Positions 47,884 through 57,231 of a DNA stretch of 64,000 nucleotides are shown here, piece after piece. The DNA is from Candidatus Latescibacterota bacterium (GTDB taxonomy: Bacteria; Latescibacterota; UBA2968; UBA8231). Each line of letters begins with the position of its first letter. Position 1 is the stretch's first letter. Made by a program: the position numbers and the translations under genes. Where the stretch lies: contig OZ252098.1 of the NCBI GenBank assembly GCA_965248355.1, positions 3,808,001-3,872,000 of the forward strand, given 5' to 3'. The notes below the pieces were generated by a model. That model was not told where the DNA came from. It worked only from the letters and a program-made list of their open reading frames with translations, and did not search any database.

Positions 47884-48503
47884 ATGAGGTCCAATGGCCT
47901 TCGATCCTGGCGCGGAGCGCCAGGCGATCACCTACCGGCAGCTGACGCGGGAGGACTTCCGCGCCGACAAGCCACCGGCCCGGACGCTGGCCCACGCCAG
48001 GGCCCTGGGCGCCGTCCTGTGGGCCAGCATCCGCGCCACGCCGGAGTCCCGTTTCCACACCCGGCGGGACGGCTCCCAGGTGTGGGTGGCCGTCATCGAC
48101 CGCCTGCGGTTCCGGGCCGAGATGGAGCGGGACTGCTCCTGGTGGAATCCGAGTGTCCCGTCACCCGAGGAGGCGCGCCTCCTCGAGCACGAGCAGATGC
48201 ACTTCGCCCTCTTTGAGATCGCCGCTCGCCACCTGAACCAGCGCACCTTCGACCTGGCGGAGCAGGCCGCCCTCGACTAGGTCCGCGAGTTGGAGCTCCA
48301 GGCGTGCAGGAGCAACACGACGCAACGAGCAGTACGACCTCGAAACCTCCTATGGCTCGCGGCGTCATCGGCAACGGGACTGGGTAGAGGTGATTCAGCG
48401 GGAGCTGCTGGAAACCGCCCGATACGCGTCGGTCTCCGACGTCCCCTATCCGCCCGTCGACAGCCGGGACAGCGGGGTCCAACCGCCCGGTGGCTCGCCG
48501 TAG
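47884..48503 (+). pseudogene. Disrupted DUF922-like putative Zn-protease gene
   Basis: LTREDF...SWW...LLEHEQMHF in one frame, TAG at 48278, then QYDLETSYG...QRDWVEVIQREL in another frame. The RBS-bearing ATG at 47884 is out of frame with the body. Confidence 0.65.
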
Positions 48504-48637
48504 CTGCGGAACTCACCGGTGCGCGGCCGTTGAGACGGCGCACCGCGGATCGTGTATCGGACATGGCAGCAGCCTGACGCCGGCGGGCACCTTCCGGGGC
48601 CTTGCGGACGGGCTGCGCCGCGACGGACGGAGAGACC

Positions 48638-49111
48638 ATGAACAGCCTCGTGGAACGTGAACTTCCCTTGCTGGAGCAGACGCTTTCCCTGCGCGGGCAG
48701 CTGCTGGACCTGCTGACCGACGCCGATCTCGGACACGCGCCACCGGGCAATCCCACCCTCGGGGTGCTGTGCCGTGAGGCCGGACGGCTCGACGAGATCT
48801 ACATCGACTCCTTCCGGACCTTCGCCGTCGACTGGACGAAGGAGACCGCACCCCAGGGGGCGGAGACGAGGGTGGCGGTGTTGAGAGCATGGTACGCGAG
48901 TTCGGACGCGGACCTGAAGGCCGCCCTCGGCGCGCTCTCGGAGGCCGAGGTCCAGGAAAAGCAGATCGACCGCCAGAGCTACCACGTACCCGTGGGAGTG
49001 CAGTTCCACATCTACCGCGAGTCGATCCTGATCTTCTGCGGCAAGGCGAGCGTATACCTGCGCTCTCTCGGGAAGGACTTCCCGGATCAGTGGCGCCAGT
49101 GGATCGGTTGA
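48638..49111 (+). CDS. DinB-superfamily-like hypothetical protein
   Basis: Helical protein with LTDADL...PTLGVLCRE and YLRSLG motifs; GGAGAG RBS. Confidence 0.6.
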   Translation: MNSLVERELPLLEQTLSLRGQLLDLLTDADLGHAPPGNPTLGVLCREAGRLDEIYIDSFRTFAVDWTKETAPQGAETRVAVLRAWYASSDADLKAALGALSEAEVQEKQIDRQSYHVPVGVQFHIYRESILIFCGKASVYLRSLGKDFPDQWRQWIG

Positions 49112-49329
49112 CGCCCGTCTTCCAGGGGTCAGCATCGGTGGGGTAGTCGTCCCCCAGGGGATCGACCTCGCCCTGGGGGCGGCGCGAGCGAAGACGAGAC
49201 CGCTCGACGCGGAGGGCCGGGGCCAGCACCCCGGGGCGCCCGGCGCTCCGGGGAAAAGATTTCGCTCGCCCCTCGCATCCGTCTTATCCTTCCCGCCGAC
49301 GCTGTCTCCTGCTCATCCCGGGATGCCCT

Positions 49330-49782
49330 ATGCTCACGGCGTGGATAGTCGCCGGCGCCGTCATGATTCTGCTGGAGTTGTTCCTGCCCGGAATGGTGCT
49401 CGGTTTTCTCGGGTCGAGCGCCCTCATCGTAGCCGCCCTCGTCCGGCTGGGCTGGACCGACACCTGGGTCTCCGCTCTCACCACCTGGTTCATCCTCTCC
49501 CTCGTCCTGCTGCTGAGCCTGCGCGGCCTGTTCCTGCGCTTCGTCGGAGGGAGGTCCGAGCGGCAGTCCACCGACGAGGAGGAGGACGCCTACGGAACGA
49601 TGGTGGACGTGGTGGAGAGGATCGCACCGGACCAGGAGGGACGGATCCACTACCGGGACGCCACCTGGCAGGCCATCTGCTACGACGACGCCATCGAGGC
49701 GGGAGAGAAGGCGATGCTGGCCTTCCGTGAGAACCTCGTGTGGGTCGTCGAGCCCGTCCGGCCGGACGAAGGCGATCGCTAA
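49330..49782 (+). CDS. NfeD-like C-terminal (YbbJ-type) membrane protein
   Basis: ILLELFLPG TM segments and OB-fold GRIHY...WQA; precedes two SPFH genes. Confidence 0.85.
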   Translation: MLTAWIVAGAVMILLELFLPGMVLGFLGSSALIVAALVRLGWTDTWVSALTTWFILSLVLLLSLRGLFLRFVGGRSERQSTDEEEDAYGTMVDVVERIAPDQEGRIHYRDATWQAICYDDAIEAGEKAMLAFRENLVWVVEPVRPDEGDR

Positions 49783-49798
49783 CAGAGGGAGTTGAGCC

Positions 49799-50731
49799 AT
49801 GCCCGTTCTGACCTACTTCACGATCTTCGTGCTGATCGCCCTGTTCCTGGTGCTCAAGACCTTTGTCGTCGTGCCCATGCGCGAGGCGGTCATCGTCGAG
49901 CGCCTGGGCAAGTTCCTGGCGGTCCTGCCGCCGGGGTTCCACTTCCTCATACCCTTCTGCGACCGCATCGCCTATCGCCACGAGACGCGCGAGCAGGTGA
50001 TCGATGTCCCCAGCCAGGCCTGCATCACGCGCGACAACATCCAGGTCGAGGTCGACGGCCTGGTGTACCTGCAGGTGCTCGATCCCGAGCGGGCCAGCTA
50101 CGGCATCGAGGACTACCGCCGCGCCAGCATCAACCTGGCGCAGACGACGATGCGAGCCGAGATCGGCAAGCTGACGCTGGGCCAGTCGTTCTACGAGCGG
50201 GAGTCCCTGAACGAGACGATCGTGCAGGAGATCGACAAGGCCTCGAACCCCTGGGGGATCAAGGTGCTGCGCTACGAGCTGCGAAACATCACGCCCTCGT
50301 CCAACGTGGTGAACACCCTGGAGAAACAGATGGAGGCGGAGCGCGAGAAGCGCGCCGAGATCACCCGCGCCTCGGCCGAGAAGGAGTCCACCATCAACCT
50401 CTCCGAGGGCGAGCGCCAGGAGGAGATCAACATCTCCGAGGGGGAGAAGCAGCGCCGGATCAACGTCGCCAAGGGACGGGCCGAGGCCATCTCCATCATC
50501 GCCGAAGCCACCGCCGAGGGCACCGAGCGGATCGCCGGCTCGGTGCAGAAGGAAGGGGGATCGGCGGCGCTGAAGATGCAACTGGTCGAGGAGTACATCG
50601 AAACGCTCAGCGAGATCGCCGCAAAGTCCAGCGTCTCCGTCGTGCCCCTGGAGCTGGCCAGGATCAAGGGCTTCTTCGAGGGGCTGTCCGACGTGGCCGC
50701 CGGCGTGCCGGCGCAGAAGGGGAAGGCCTGA
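49799..50731 (+). CDS. SPFH/band-7 protein (paraslipin/QmcA-like), copy 1
   Basis: VERLGK, ITRDN, AQTTMR, WGIKVLRYE and QMEAEREKRA motifs. Confidence 0.93.
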   Translation: MPVLTYFTIFVLIALFLVLKTFVVVPMREAVIVERLGKFLAVLPPGFHFLIPFCDRIAYRHETREQVIDVPSQACITRDNIQVEVDGLVYLQVLDPERASYGIEDYRRASINLAQTTMRAEIGKLTLGQSFYERESLNETIVQEIDKASNPWGIKVLRYELRNITPSSNVVNTLEKQMEAEREKRAEITRASAEKESTINLSEGERQEEINISEGEKQRRINVAKGRAEAISIIAEATAEGTERIAGSVQKEGGSAALKMQLVEEYIETLSEIAAKSSVSVVPLELARIKGFFEGLSDVAAGVPAQKGKA

Positions 50732-50732
50732 C

Positions 50733-51668
50733 ATGTCGACCGTGTTCGAGATCTTCAACCTCATCGTCTGGGGCCTTCTGTTCCTGGTCCTGATCGTCAA
50801 GTTCCTGCGCTCGATCCGGCTCGTGCCGACCCAGTCGGCGTACGTCGTCGAACGGCTCGGCAAGTACACCCGGACGCTCAACCCCGGGTTGCACGCCCTT
50901 GTGCCCTTCGTCGACAAGGTGGCCTTCATCCGCGACCTCAAGGAGGAGACCGTGGACGTGCCGCCCCAGGAGTGCTTCACCCGCGACGAGGTCCAGGTCG
51001 AGGTGGACGGCGTCCTCTACATCTCCGTCATCGATCCGGTGAAGGCCAGCTACGGCGTGACCAACTACTCCTTCGCCGCCATGCAGCTGGCGCAGACGAC
51101 CACCCGCTCCGTGATCGGCACCCTCGAGCTCGACCGCACCTTCGAGGAGCGCGACCTGATCTCGGCCAAGGTCGTGGAGGTGCTGGAGAGGTCGGGGGAG
51201 ACCTGGGGGATCCGCCTGCACCGCTACGAGATCAAGAACCTGTCGCCGCCGCCGACGGTGAAGGAGGCCATGGAGAAGCAGGTCACCGCCGAGCGCAACC
51301 GCCGCGCCATCGTGGCCCGGTCGGAAGGCGACAAGCAGAGCCGCATCAACACCTCGGAGGGCCGGCGCCTGGAGCTGATCAATCGCTCGGAGGGCGAGAT
51401 GCAGCGCACCATCAACGAGGCCCAGGGTCAGGCCGAGGAGATCCGGTCCCTCGCCCATGCGACGGCCGAGTCGATCGAGAAGATCGCGGCCTCGATCAGC
51501 GTCGCGGGGGGCGCGCACTCGGTGCGCCTGCAGCTGGCGGAGCGCTACCTGAAGACGCTGCGCCGTCTGGCCGACGGAAAGACGGATGTGCTCTTGCCCA
51601 TGGACCTGGCCAACCCGCAGCAGTTGCTCGATTCCATCGAACTGAGCGAGCCGGACGACAGGGGCTAA
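50733..51668 (+). CDS. SPFH/band-7 protein (paraslipin/QmcA-like), copy 2
   Basis: Same motif set (VERLGK, AQTTTR, WGI, AERNRRA); 1 nt after copy 1. Confidence 0.92.
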   Translation: MSTVFEIFNLIVWGLLFLVLIVKFLRSIRLVPTQSAYVVERLGKYTRTLNPGLHALVPFVDKVAFIRDLKEETVDVPPQECFTRDEVQVEVDGVLYISVIDPVKASYGVTNYSFAAMQLAQTTTRSVIGTLELDRTFEERDLISAKVVEVLERSGETWGIRLHRYEIKNLSPPPTVKEAMEKQVTAERNRRAIVARSEGDKQSRINTSEGRRLELINRSEGEMQRTINEAQGQAEEIRSLAHATAESIEKIAASISVAGGAHSVRLQLAERYLKTLRRLADGKTDVLLPMDLANPQQLLDSIELSEPDDRG

Positions 51669-51729
51669 CAGGCTGCCGTGCGCAGGGCCGCGCGCTCCAG
51701 GGACCGCCCGGCCCCTCCCGCGGCACCGA

Positions 51730-51933
51730 GCTCGTGGCGATGCGCAGGAGCCAGGCGAGCAGGGTGCCGTCGCCCTTCCACTGGCCGGCGCGGTGCCACA
51801 GGGGCAGGAAGATGTCCTGTGTCACGTCGGCGATGTCCTCGTCTTCCCGGTGGATCCGCTGGAGGTGCTGCCGGACCTCGGCGCGATAGCGTTCGTCCAC
51901 CGGGATGACACCGCCGGCGTCTCCGGGGTTCAC
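51730..51933 (-). pseudogene. Truncated ECF sigma factor remnant (region 2 only)
   Basis: The GTG overlaps the upstream stop; ERYRAEVRQHLQRI...DIADVTQDIFLPLWHRAGQWKGDGTLLAWLLRIA resembles ECF region 2. No region 4 follows. Confidence 0.6.
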
Positions 51934-53285
51934 GGGGCCGGGGGTGGTTGCTCGGCGATGCAGTAGAGGTGGCGCCGGCCTCGCAGGTAGAGCTCGCCGC
52001 CGGCCAGAGCCGCCGAGGCGCTGAAGCCATCGTCGAGATGATTGACGGCCAGGACCGCGGGCGAGTCCCCGTGGCTGAGCACGACGGTGACGCCGTTGCG
52101 TCCGGTGACATACACGCGCCCGTCGGCTGCCACGGGGGATGCGAAGACCCGATCGATGCCTTTGAGGCGCATCGCACCAGGGCGGTCCGCGCCGGTTCGC
52201 GCGTCGACCCGGGTGAGGATGTTCTGGAAATGGCGGACGAAGTAGAGGGCATCCCCGTAGAGCAGGAGCGAGGGAACGTAGGGCGCGCCCCGGTTGCGGC
52301 TCCAGGCGGCCTGGCGAGGGCTGCCGGCCTCTCCCGCCGGGGGGTGGAGGGGGACGGCGAGCACGACTTGCCGGTCGTAGCTGCTGCCCGCGAACACGAG
52401 GCCGAGACCGGCCACCGGCGTGGCCACCACGTTCTCCACCGACAGGCCGGGGCACTCCCAGATCAGCCGCCCGTTGGCCAGATCGTAGCCGCGCACCAGC
52501 CGGGAGCCGCTGACGACGACCTGGGGACGGCCGCCGACGTCGGTGACGATGGGCGTGGTCCAGGACGAGGCCGGCTCGCGGGGCGCCTTCCAGCGTCGGG
52601 CACCGGTCCTCTTGTCGAAGGCGGCGAGGAAGGACTCGCCCTCATGGTCCCAGTTGACGACCAGAGTCCCGCCGAAGAGGGCCGGGGAGCTCCCCTCTCC
52701 GTGGCCGTGGAGCGGGTCCATGGGGCCGAGATCGACTTCCCACAACAGCTCCCCGTCGAGATCGAGACCGTAGAGCCCGTAGGAGCCGAAGGAGGCCACC
52801 AGGTGCTCGCCGTCGGTCACGGCCGAGGCGGAGGCCAGGCTAGCGGTGTAGTGGCCCCCGGCGCGAGGCAGGTCGTCGCCCACCACCCGCTGCCACAGGA
52901 TCCGACCGGACCCGCGGCCCAGGGCCAGGACGACGAACCTGTGGCGATGGGTGATGGGCCGTTCGTCGTGGGCCCCCGGGAGCCCGCTGTAGCCCGCTTG
53001 CAGTCGATCGCCGTAGGGGACGGCGGCGGTGACGAAGACCCGGTCGCCCCAGACAACCGGCGTAGAGTGGCCACCGCCCGGCAGTGCGGCCCTCCAGCGC
53101 AGGTTCCGGGTCTCGCTCCACTCGACCGGAGGCTTGGCGTGGGGCGCCGTGCCGGTGCCCAGCGGACCCCGCCAGGCGGGCCAGAAGCGGTCCCTCCCGG
53201 CGGCGGGCTCGACGGCGGCCGCACCCGCGGCCACCAGGCAGCAGACCGCGGCGAGGGCGGCAGAGTGGAGGTCCGCACGGACCAT
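51930..53285 (-). CDS. Secreted PQQ-binding-like beta-propeller protein
   Basis: Signal peptide; WPAWRGP, NLRW, STPVVWGDRVF, SWTTP, FASPV and LYLRG motifs. Confidence 0.87.
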   Translation of the reverse strand: MVRADLHSAALAAVCCLVAAGAAAVEPAAGRDRFWPAWRGPLGTGTAPHAKPPVEWSETRNLRWRAALPGGGHSTPVVWGDRVFVTAAVPYGDRLQAGYSGLPGAHDERPITHRHRFVVLALGRGSGRILWQRVVGDDLPRAGGHYTASLASASAVTDGEHLVASFGSYGLYGLDLDGELLWEVDLGPMDPLHGHGEGSSPALFGGTLVVNWDHEGESFLAAFDKRTGARRWKAPREPASSWTTPIVTDVGGRPQVVVSGSRLVRGYDLANGRLIWECPGLSVENVVATPVAGLGLVFAGSSYDRQVVLAVPLHPPAGEAGSPRQAAWSRNRGAPYVPSLLLYGDALYFVRHFQNILTRVDARTGADRPGAMRLKGIDRVFASPVAADGRVYVTGRNGVTVVLSHGDSPAVLAVNHLDDGFSASAALAGGELYLRGRRHLYCIAEQPPPAP

Positions 53286-53287
53286 CC

Positions 53288-55384
53288 TCAAGCCGGGGGG
53301 TCTGCTCCCCGGGCCAGCTCGGGCCCGGCCAGCCGCAACAGGTCCCGCCGGGCCGAAGCCTGCTCCACGCGCACCCGCAGGCGCTGGCCGGGGGAAGCCT
53401 GGAGGCGGTGCCCCCGCGGCGCCGGGACGTAGCAGGACATGGGGCCCTCCGGCAGCAGGACCAGGTGCCCCGGCCCCCTCGGTTCGGCGACCACGCACTC
53501 CAGCCGGGCGTCGTCGTCGAGGCCCTCGAGCCACTTGAGCGTCCAGTACCGGCGGCTGCTGCGGCGCACCCGCTCCGCCGACTCCCGGCCTTCGCGGGTG
53601 TCGAGCAGGATGCTCTCGAGATCGTCGGCCGTCAGAGGGTTGGAGCGCCATCCCGCGACCCACAACAGCTGCCGCTGCATGGCCAGATCGACGTAGCTCG
53701 TCAGGGGACGGGCGCCGGCGGCCAGGGCCGGCAGTCCGAGGCCGGCGTGGGGGGCGGCCTGCGTCCCGAGCCACTCCCGGGCGGCCTGGCTCTCGAGCAG
53801 GTGGGCCCGCAGGGTCTCGGCCGCGGCCGTGTCCGCGCCCTCCGGGGCGGTTCCCTGGAAGCCAGCGGCGGGGGCCTCCCGGACCGCATGGATGGCCGGC
53901 GCGTGGTCCTGGCAGAGGCGGGCGATGGCCTCGGCGGCCAGCAGGCGCAGCTCGGTGTCGATCCGGGCCTCGAGCCCCTGGGCGGTCGGTTCGGCGCGGC
54001 CGTCGTGCACCTCGATCGGGTCGACGGGGCGCAACTCCTGCCAGGCCCCCTGCCGCCGCCGCCGTTGGCGGAGCGCCGCTGCCAGGGCCGCCAGGCGGCG
54101 TACCGGCGCGCTGCTCTCCCCGGCCTCAAACGCCAACCTGGGGCGCGCCCGCCCCAGGGACAGGCGCACCTTCCGCGGGACCAGCTCCCGGTCCAGGCTC
54201 ACCCTCAAGGTCAGGACGGGACGGGCCTCGGCCGGGGTCAGCCGGCAGGCCTCGGTCAGCTCCGCGGGCAGCATCGGGACCTCCCGCTCGAGCAGATGCA
54301 CGGTGACGCCGCGCGCGGCGGCTTCCTGGTCGACGGCGCCGCCGGCCTCCACCCACAGGGACGGCACGGCCATGTGGATGTCGACGATGGTGCGGCCGAG
54401 GAGGCTCCGGCGCAGGCGGTAGGCGCGCTCTCCGCAGGCGGTGACGCAGAGGCCGGAGCCCCAGCGGCGCCTTCCCGGCCATCCAGCGGCGACGGCACGG
54501 GGATCGAGCTCACCCGCGGCCTTCTCGGCGGCCTCCGGGAACCCTTCGGGCAGGCCGAGCCGGTGCAGCTCCAGGTTCTCGTCGGCGGACCAGTGACCCA
54601 GGCGGACGAGGACGTCGAAGGCGGCGCCGGAGCCCCGCAGGTTGGCGGCTCCCATGAGACGGGCGGCGGACGGGCTCCGCTCGCCCAGGGCGGCCGACTC
54701 GAGCAGGGCCACGGCCTCCTCCGCTCCGGCGGGACTGGGGTCGGATGGATGCCCGTCGGCAACCCTCCGCACCCAGGAGGCCAGCTCGGCCTGGCGGCTC
54801 GTCTTCGCCTCCTCACGGGCGGAGGCCGCCTCGATCCCCTCCACCGCCGCCGGGGAACGCGGGCGCCAGCGGGCGCCGTGGCGCTCGAAACGGCGGCCGT
54901 TCCACAGGGCCCGCAGCATGCCGGCTCGACGGCTCTCGTCCGGATCACCCGGGTCGTGGAGCTCCACCAGTTCCTCCAACCGCCAGTCGCCGCGGTCGGG
55001 TCCGGATGCGTGAGTCACCTGCCAGAGGGCGGAGAGATCGACGGCCCGGCGGGCGGACTCGCGCCGCTGGTCGATGCGCCGGAGCTCCGCCAGCGCCATC
55101 TCGGGCGTGTGCATCGACACGTACTCGGGGGATACGTTCACCACCTTGTCGCGGCGCAGGTGGAGCTGGCGGCCGTCGACGGCGACGACGTCGCAGCCCC
55201 TGCGGTTGGCGGGATCCCGGGCCAGGTAGCCGCACAGAAGCTGTCCGCCTCGACGGAACTCGACCACCGCGCCGGCTCGCTCGAGGACGGGGCGGGTGCT
55301 GCGTTCGGCCTGCACGAGGCGTGCCACCTCCCGGCGGGAGGCATCGTCGAGGGAGGTGGTCAGGTGTCGCGACCAGCGGATCAT
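53288..55384 (-). CDS. RNB-domain (RNase II/R-like) protein with degenerate catalytic motifs
   Basis: IHMAVPS, EAAARGVTVHL...PMLP, HAGLGL...YVDLAMQRQL and an S1-like C-terminus; no IDxxxxxDxDD motif. Confidence 0.75.
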   Translation of the reverse strand: MIRWSRHLTTSLDDASRREVARLVQAERSTRPVLERAGAVVEFRRGGQLLCGYLARDPANRRGCDVVAVDGRQLHLRRDKVVNVSPEYVSMHTPEMALAELRRIDQRRESARRAVDLSALWQVTHASGPDRGDWRLEELVELHDPGDPDESRRAGMLRALWNGRRFERHGARWRPRSPAAVEGIEAASAREEAKTSRQAELASWVRRVADGHPSDPSPAGAEEAVALLESAALGERSPSAARLMGAANLRGSGAAFDVLVRLGHWSADENLELHRLGLPEGFPEAAEKAAGELDPRAVAAGWPGRRRWGSGLCVTACGERAYRLRRSLLGRTIVDIHMAVPSLWVEAGGAVDQEAAARGVTVHLLEREVPMLPAELTEACRLTPAEARPVLTLRVSLDRELVPRKVRLSLGRARPRLAFEAGESSAPVRRLAALAAALRQRRRRQGAWQELRPVDPIEVHDGRAEPTAQGLEARIDTELRLLAAEAIARLCQDHAPAIHAVREAPAAGFQGTAPEGADTAAAETLRAHLLESQAAREWLGTQAAPHAGLGLPALAAGARPLTSYVDLAMQRQLLWVAGWRSNPLTADDLESILLDTREGRESAERVRRSSRRYWTLKWLEGLDDDARLECVVAEPRGPGHLVLLPEGPMSCYVPAPRGHRLQASPGQRLRVRVEQASARRDLLRLAGPELARGADPPA

Positions 55385-55430
55385 GGGAAGCTCCGTCGCG
55401 GCGGGAGCGCATGCGGGTGAGGGGATCCTG

Positions 55431-55483
55431 AGGGTATCCTCCCGGCATCGACAGTGTCAACCGGTACCCGCAGGGCCTATACT
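55431..55483. promoter_or_regulatory. Divergent promoter pair
   Basis: Minus strand TTGACA-18 bp-TACCCT (55460-55431) toward the RNB gene; plus strand TATACT (55478-55483), 13 nt before ATG 55497. Confidence 0.55.
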
Positions 55484-55496
55484 CTGCGGCAGCCTC

Positions 55497-56078
55497 ATGT
55501 CTGCCCGCGAGTCCACACATCGGCCCCCGGCTCCGGCCTTGCGCCGGTTCTTCGGAGCCATGGTGCGACCGTGCTTCGCCAGCCTCGGAATCGGTCCGGG
55601 AGAGCTGGCCGACTACGTCACCGACCTGCTCGCCCGGTTCTCCCGCACCGATCAGCTCTGCCGCGTGCTCGACAGCCGCGGACGGCCCCTGCACACCCTC
55701 AGCGACCTGCTGCTTGAGCTGATGGAGGAGTGGGGTTCCGACCGGGCCTGGTCCTTCGACCGGGAAGTGGACATGCGGCGCCACTGCGGCGACTACGCCC
55801 TGTTCCTGTCCGGCATCTTCCGCCCCCACGTGGAGGCCGGCGGATATCTCTCCTACTACCTGCGGGAGGGGGGAGAGAGCTACCGGCTCGTGGGCGAGCG
55901 CCTGCAGCTGGTGGGCGCCGGGCAGGCCAGACTGTTCCGCGGCATGGCGGACCGCTTCGAGGAGCCGTCGGGGACCCTCGACTACCTGCGCAAGGTGCAC
56001 ATGGTGCCGGCGCTGCACCGGCATCCGTACGGCGCCGCCCTCCGCGGCTTCGAGGTGGACGGCGCCGGGGCGCCTTGA
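55497..56078 (+). CDS. Conserved hypothetical protein
   Basis: Host-like coding ORF (DYVTDLLARF, RRHCGDYALFLSGIF, YYLREGGESY). Confidence 0.7.
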   Translation: MSARESTHRPPAPALRRFFGAMVRPCFASLGIGPGELADYVTDLLARFSRTDQLCRVLDSRGRPLHTLSDLLLELMEEWGSDRAWSFDREVDMRRHCGDYALFLSGIFRPHVEAGGYLSYYLREGGESYRLVGERLQLVGAGQARLFRGMADRFEEPSGTLDYLRKVHMVPALHRHPYGAALRGFEVDGAGAP

Positions 56079-56160
56079 CACCCGGCCGGGGATCGCCCGT
56101 ACGGAGCCGCCGGCGTCGTGCTCCGGGCGAGGACCATGAGCCCGGGACCGCCATTCGGAG

Positions 56161-57231
56161 ATGACCCAGGTCCGGCCTCCGCTGCCGCGCATCACGCTGC
56201 GCGGCGTCCTCCTGACGGCGGCGGGCTGGCTGCTGTACACCGTCGTCTTCGAGATCTACTTCGCCGTCATGCTTGGGGCTCCCCTCGGCGCCTCCCTTCC
56301 GGGGCGCGCTACCGGCAGCCTGCTCATGGGCCTCTACAGCGTGCCCGTATGGCTGGCCGTCATCCGCGGGCTGGACCGGTCCTCATGGGGCTGGCGGGTC
56401 CTGGCCCACGCGGCCCTCGGCCCGCTGTACGTGGCCGCCAACTGGTACACGATGGACCTGCTCTCCCGCCTGCTGTACGGTGCGCGCGCGGTTCCTGCCG
56501 ACATGGTGATCTGGCAGCTGCTCGGGCTCCTGTTCACCTACATGGTGCAGTTCGGGCTGTTTCACATCGTCCGGGCGGGGCAGAAACTGCGCTGGCGGGA
56601 GAGCCGGCAGGCCGCGCTGGAGCGCCTGCTGCGTGAGCAGCAGCTGGCGGTCCTGCGGTCGCAGCTGAACCCGCACTTCCTGTTCAACAGTCTGAACACC
56701 ATCAGCGCCGTCCTCAGTCAGGACGCCGAGAAGGCGCGCGGACTGATCGCGCGGCTGGGGGATGTGCTGCGCTACGCCGTCGACTCGGTGGAGCGGGATT
56801 CCGTCTCCCTGGCCGAGGAGTGGAAGCTGACCCGCAGCTACCTCGAGGTCGAGCAGGCCCGCCTCGCGGACCGGCTGGAGGTGCGTGAGGAGGTCTCCGA
56901 TCATGTCCTTTCTTCGGATGTGCCTCCCATGATCCTGCAGCCCCTGGTGGAGAATGCGATAGTACACGGCATCGCCCCCCATCCCGAGGGGGGTCGCCTG
57001 TTCCTCTCGGCGGATCGGGTGCGGGATCAGCTGGTGCTCGCCGTGCGCAACAGCGGGGCCGCCGTCCCCGGCGACGCCACCCTCTGGGAGGCTCGGGGCA
57101 CGGCCCTCAGGAACATCCGGACCCGCCTGCGGACCCTCTACGGGGAGGCGGCGGACCTGCGGCTGTCGTCACCGCCGGAAGGGGGGTTCGAGGCGATCGT
57201 TCGACTTCCGGGTGGGGACGTGGATGACTGA
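56161..57231 (+). CDS. LytS-family sensor histidine kinase
   Basis: N-terminal TM helices; QLNPHFLFNSLN and LQPLVENAIVHG motifs. Confidence 0.93.
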   Translation: MTQVRPPLPRITLRGVLLTAAGWLLYTVVFEIYFAVMLGAPLGASLPGRATGSLLMGLYSVPVWLAVIRGLDRSSWGWRVLAHAALGPLYVAANWYTMDLLSRLLYGARAVPADMVIWQLLGLLFTYMVQFGLFHIVRAGQKLRWRESRQAALERLLREQQLAVLRSQLNPHFLFNSLNTISAVLSQDAEKARGLIARLGDVLRYAVDSVERDSVSLAEEWKLTRSYLEVEQARLADRLEVREEVSDHVLSSDVPPMILQPLVENAIVHGIAPHPEGGRLFLSADRVRDQLVLAVRNSGAAVPGDATLWEARGTALRNIRTRLRTLYGEAADLRLSSPPEGGFEAIVRLPGGDVDD

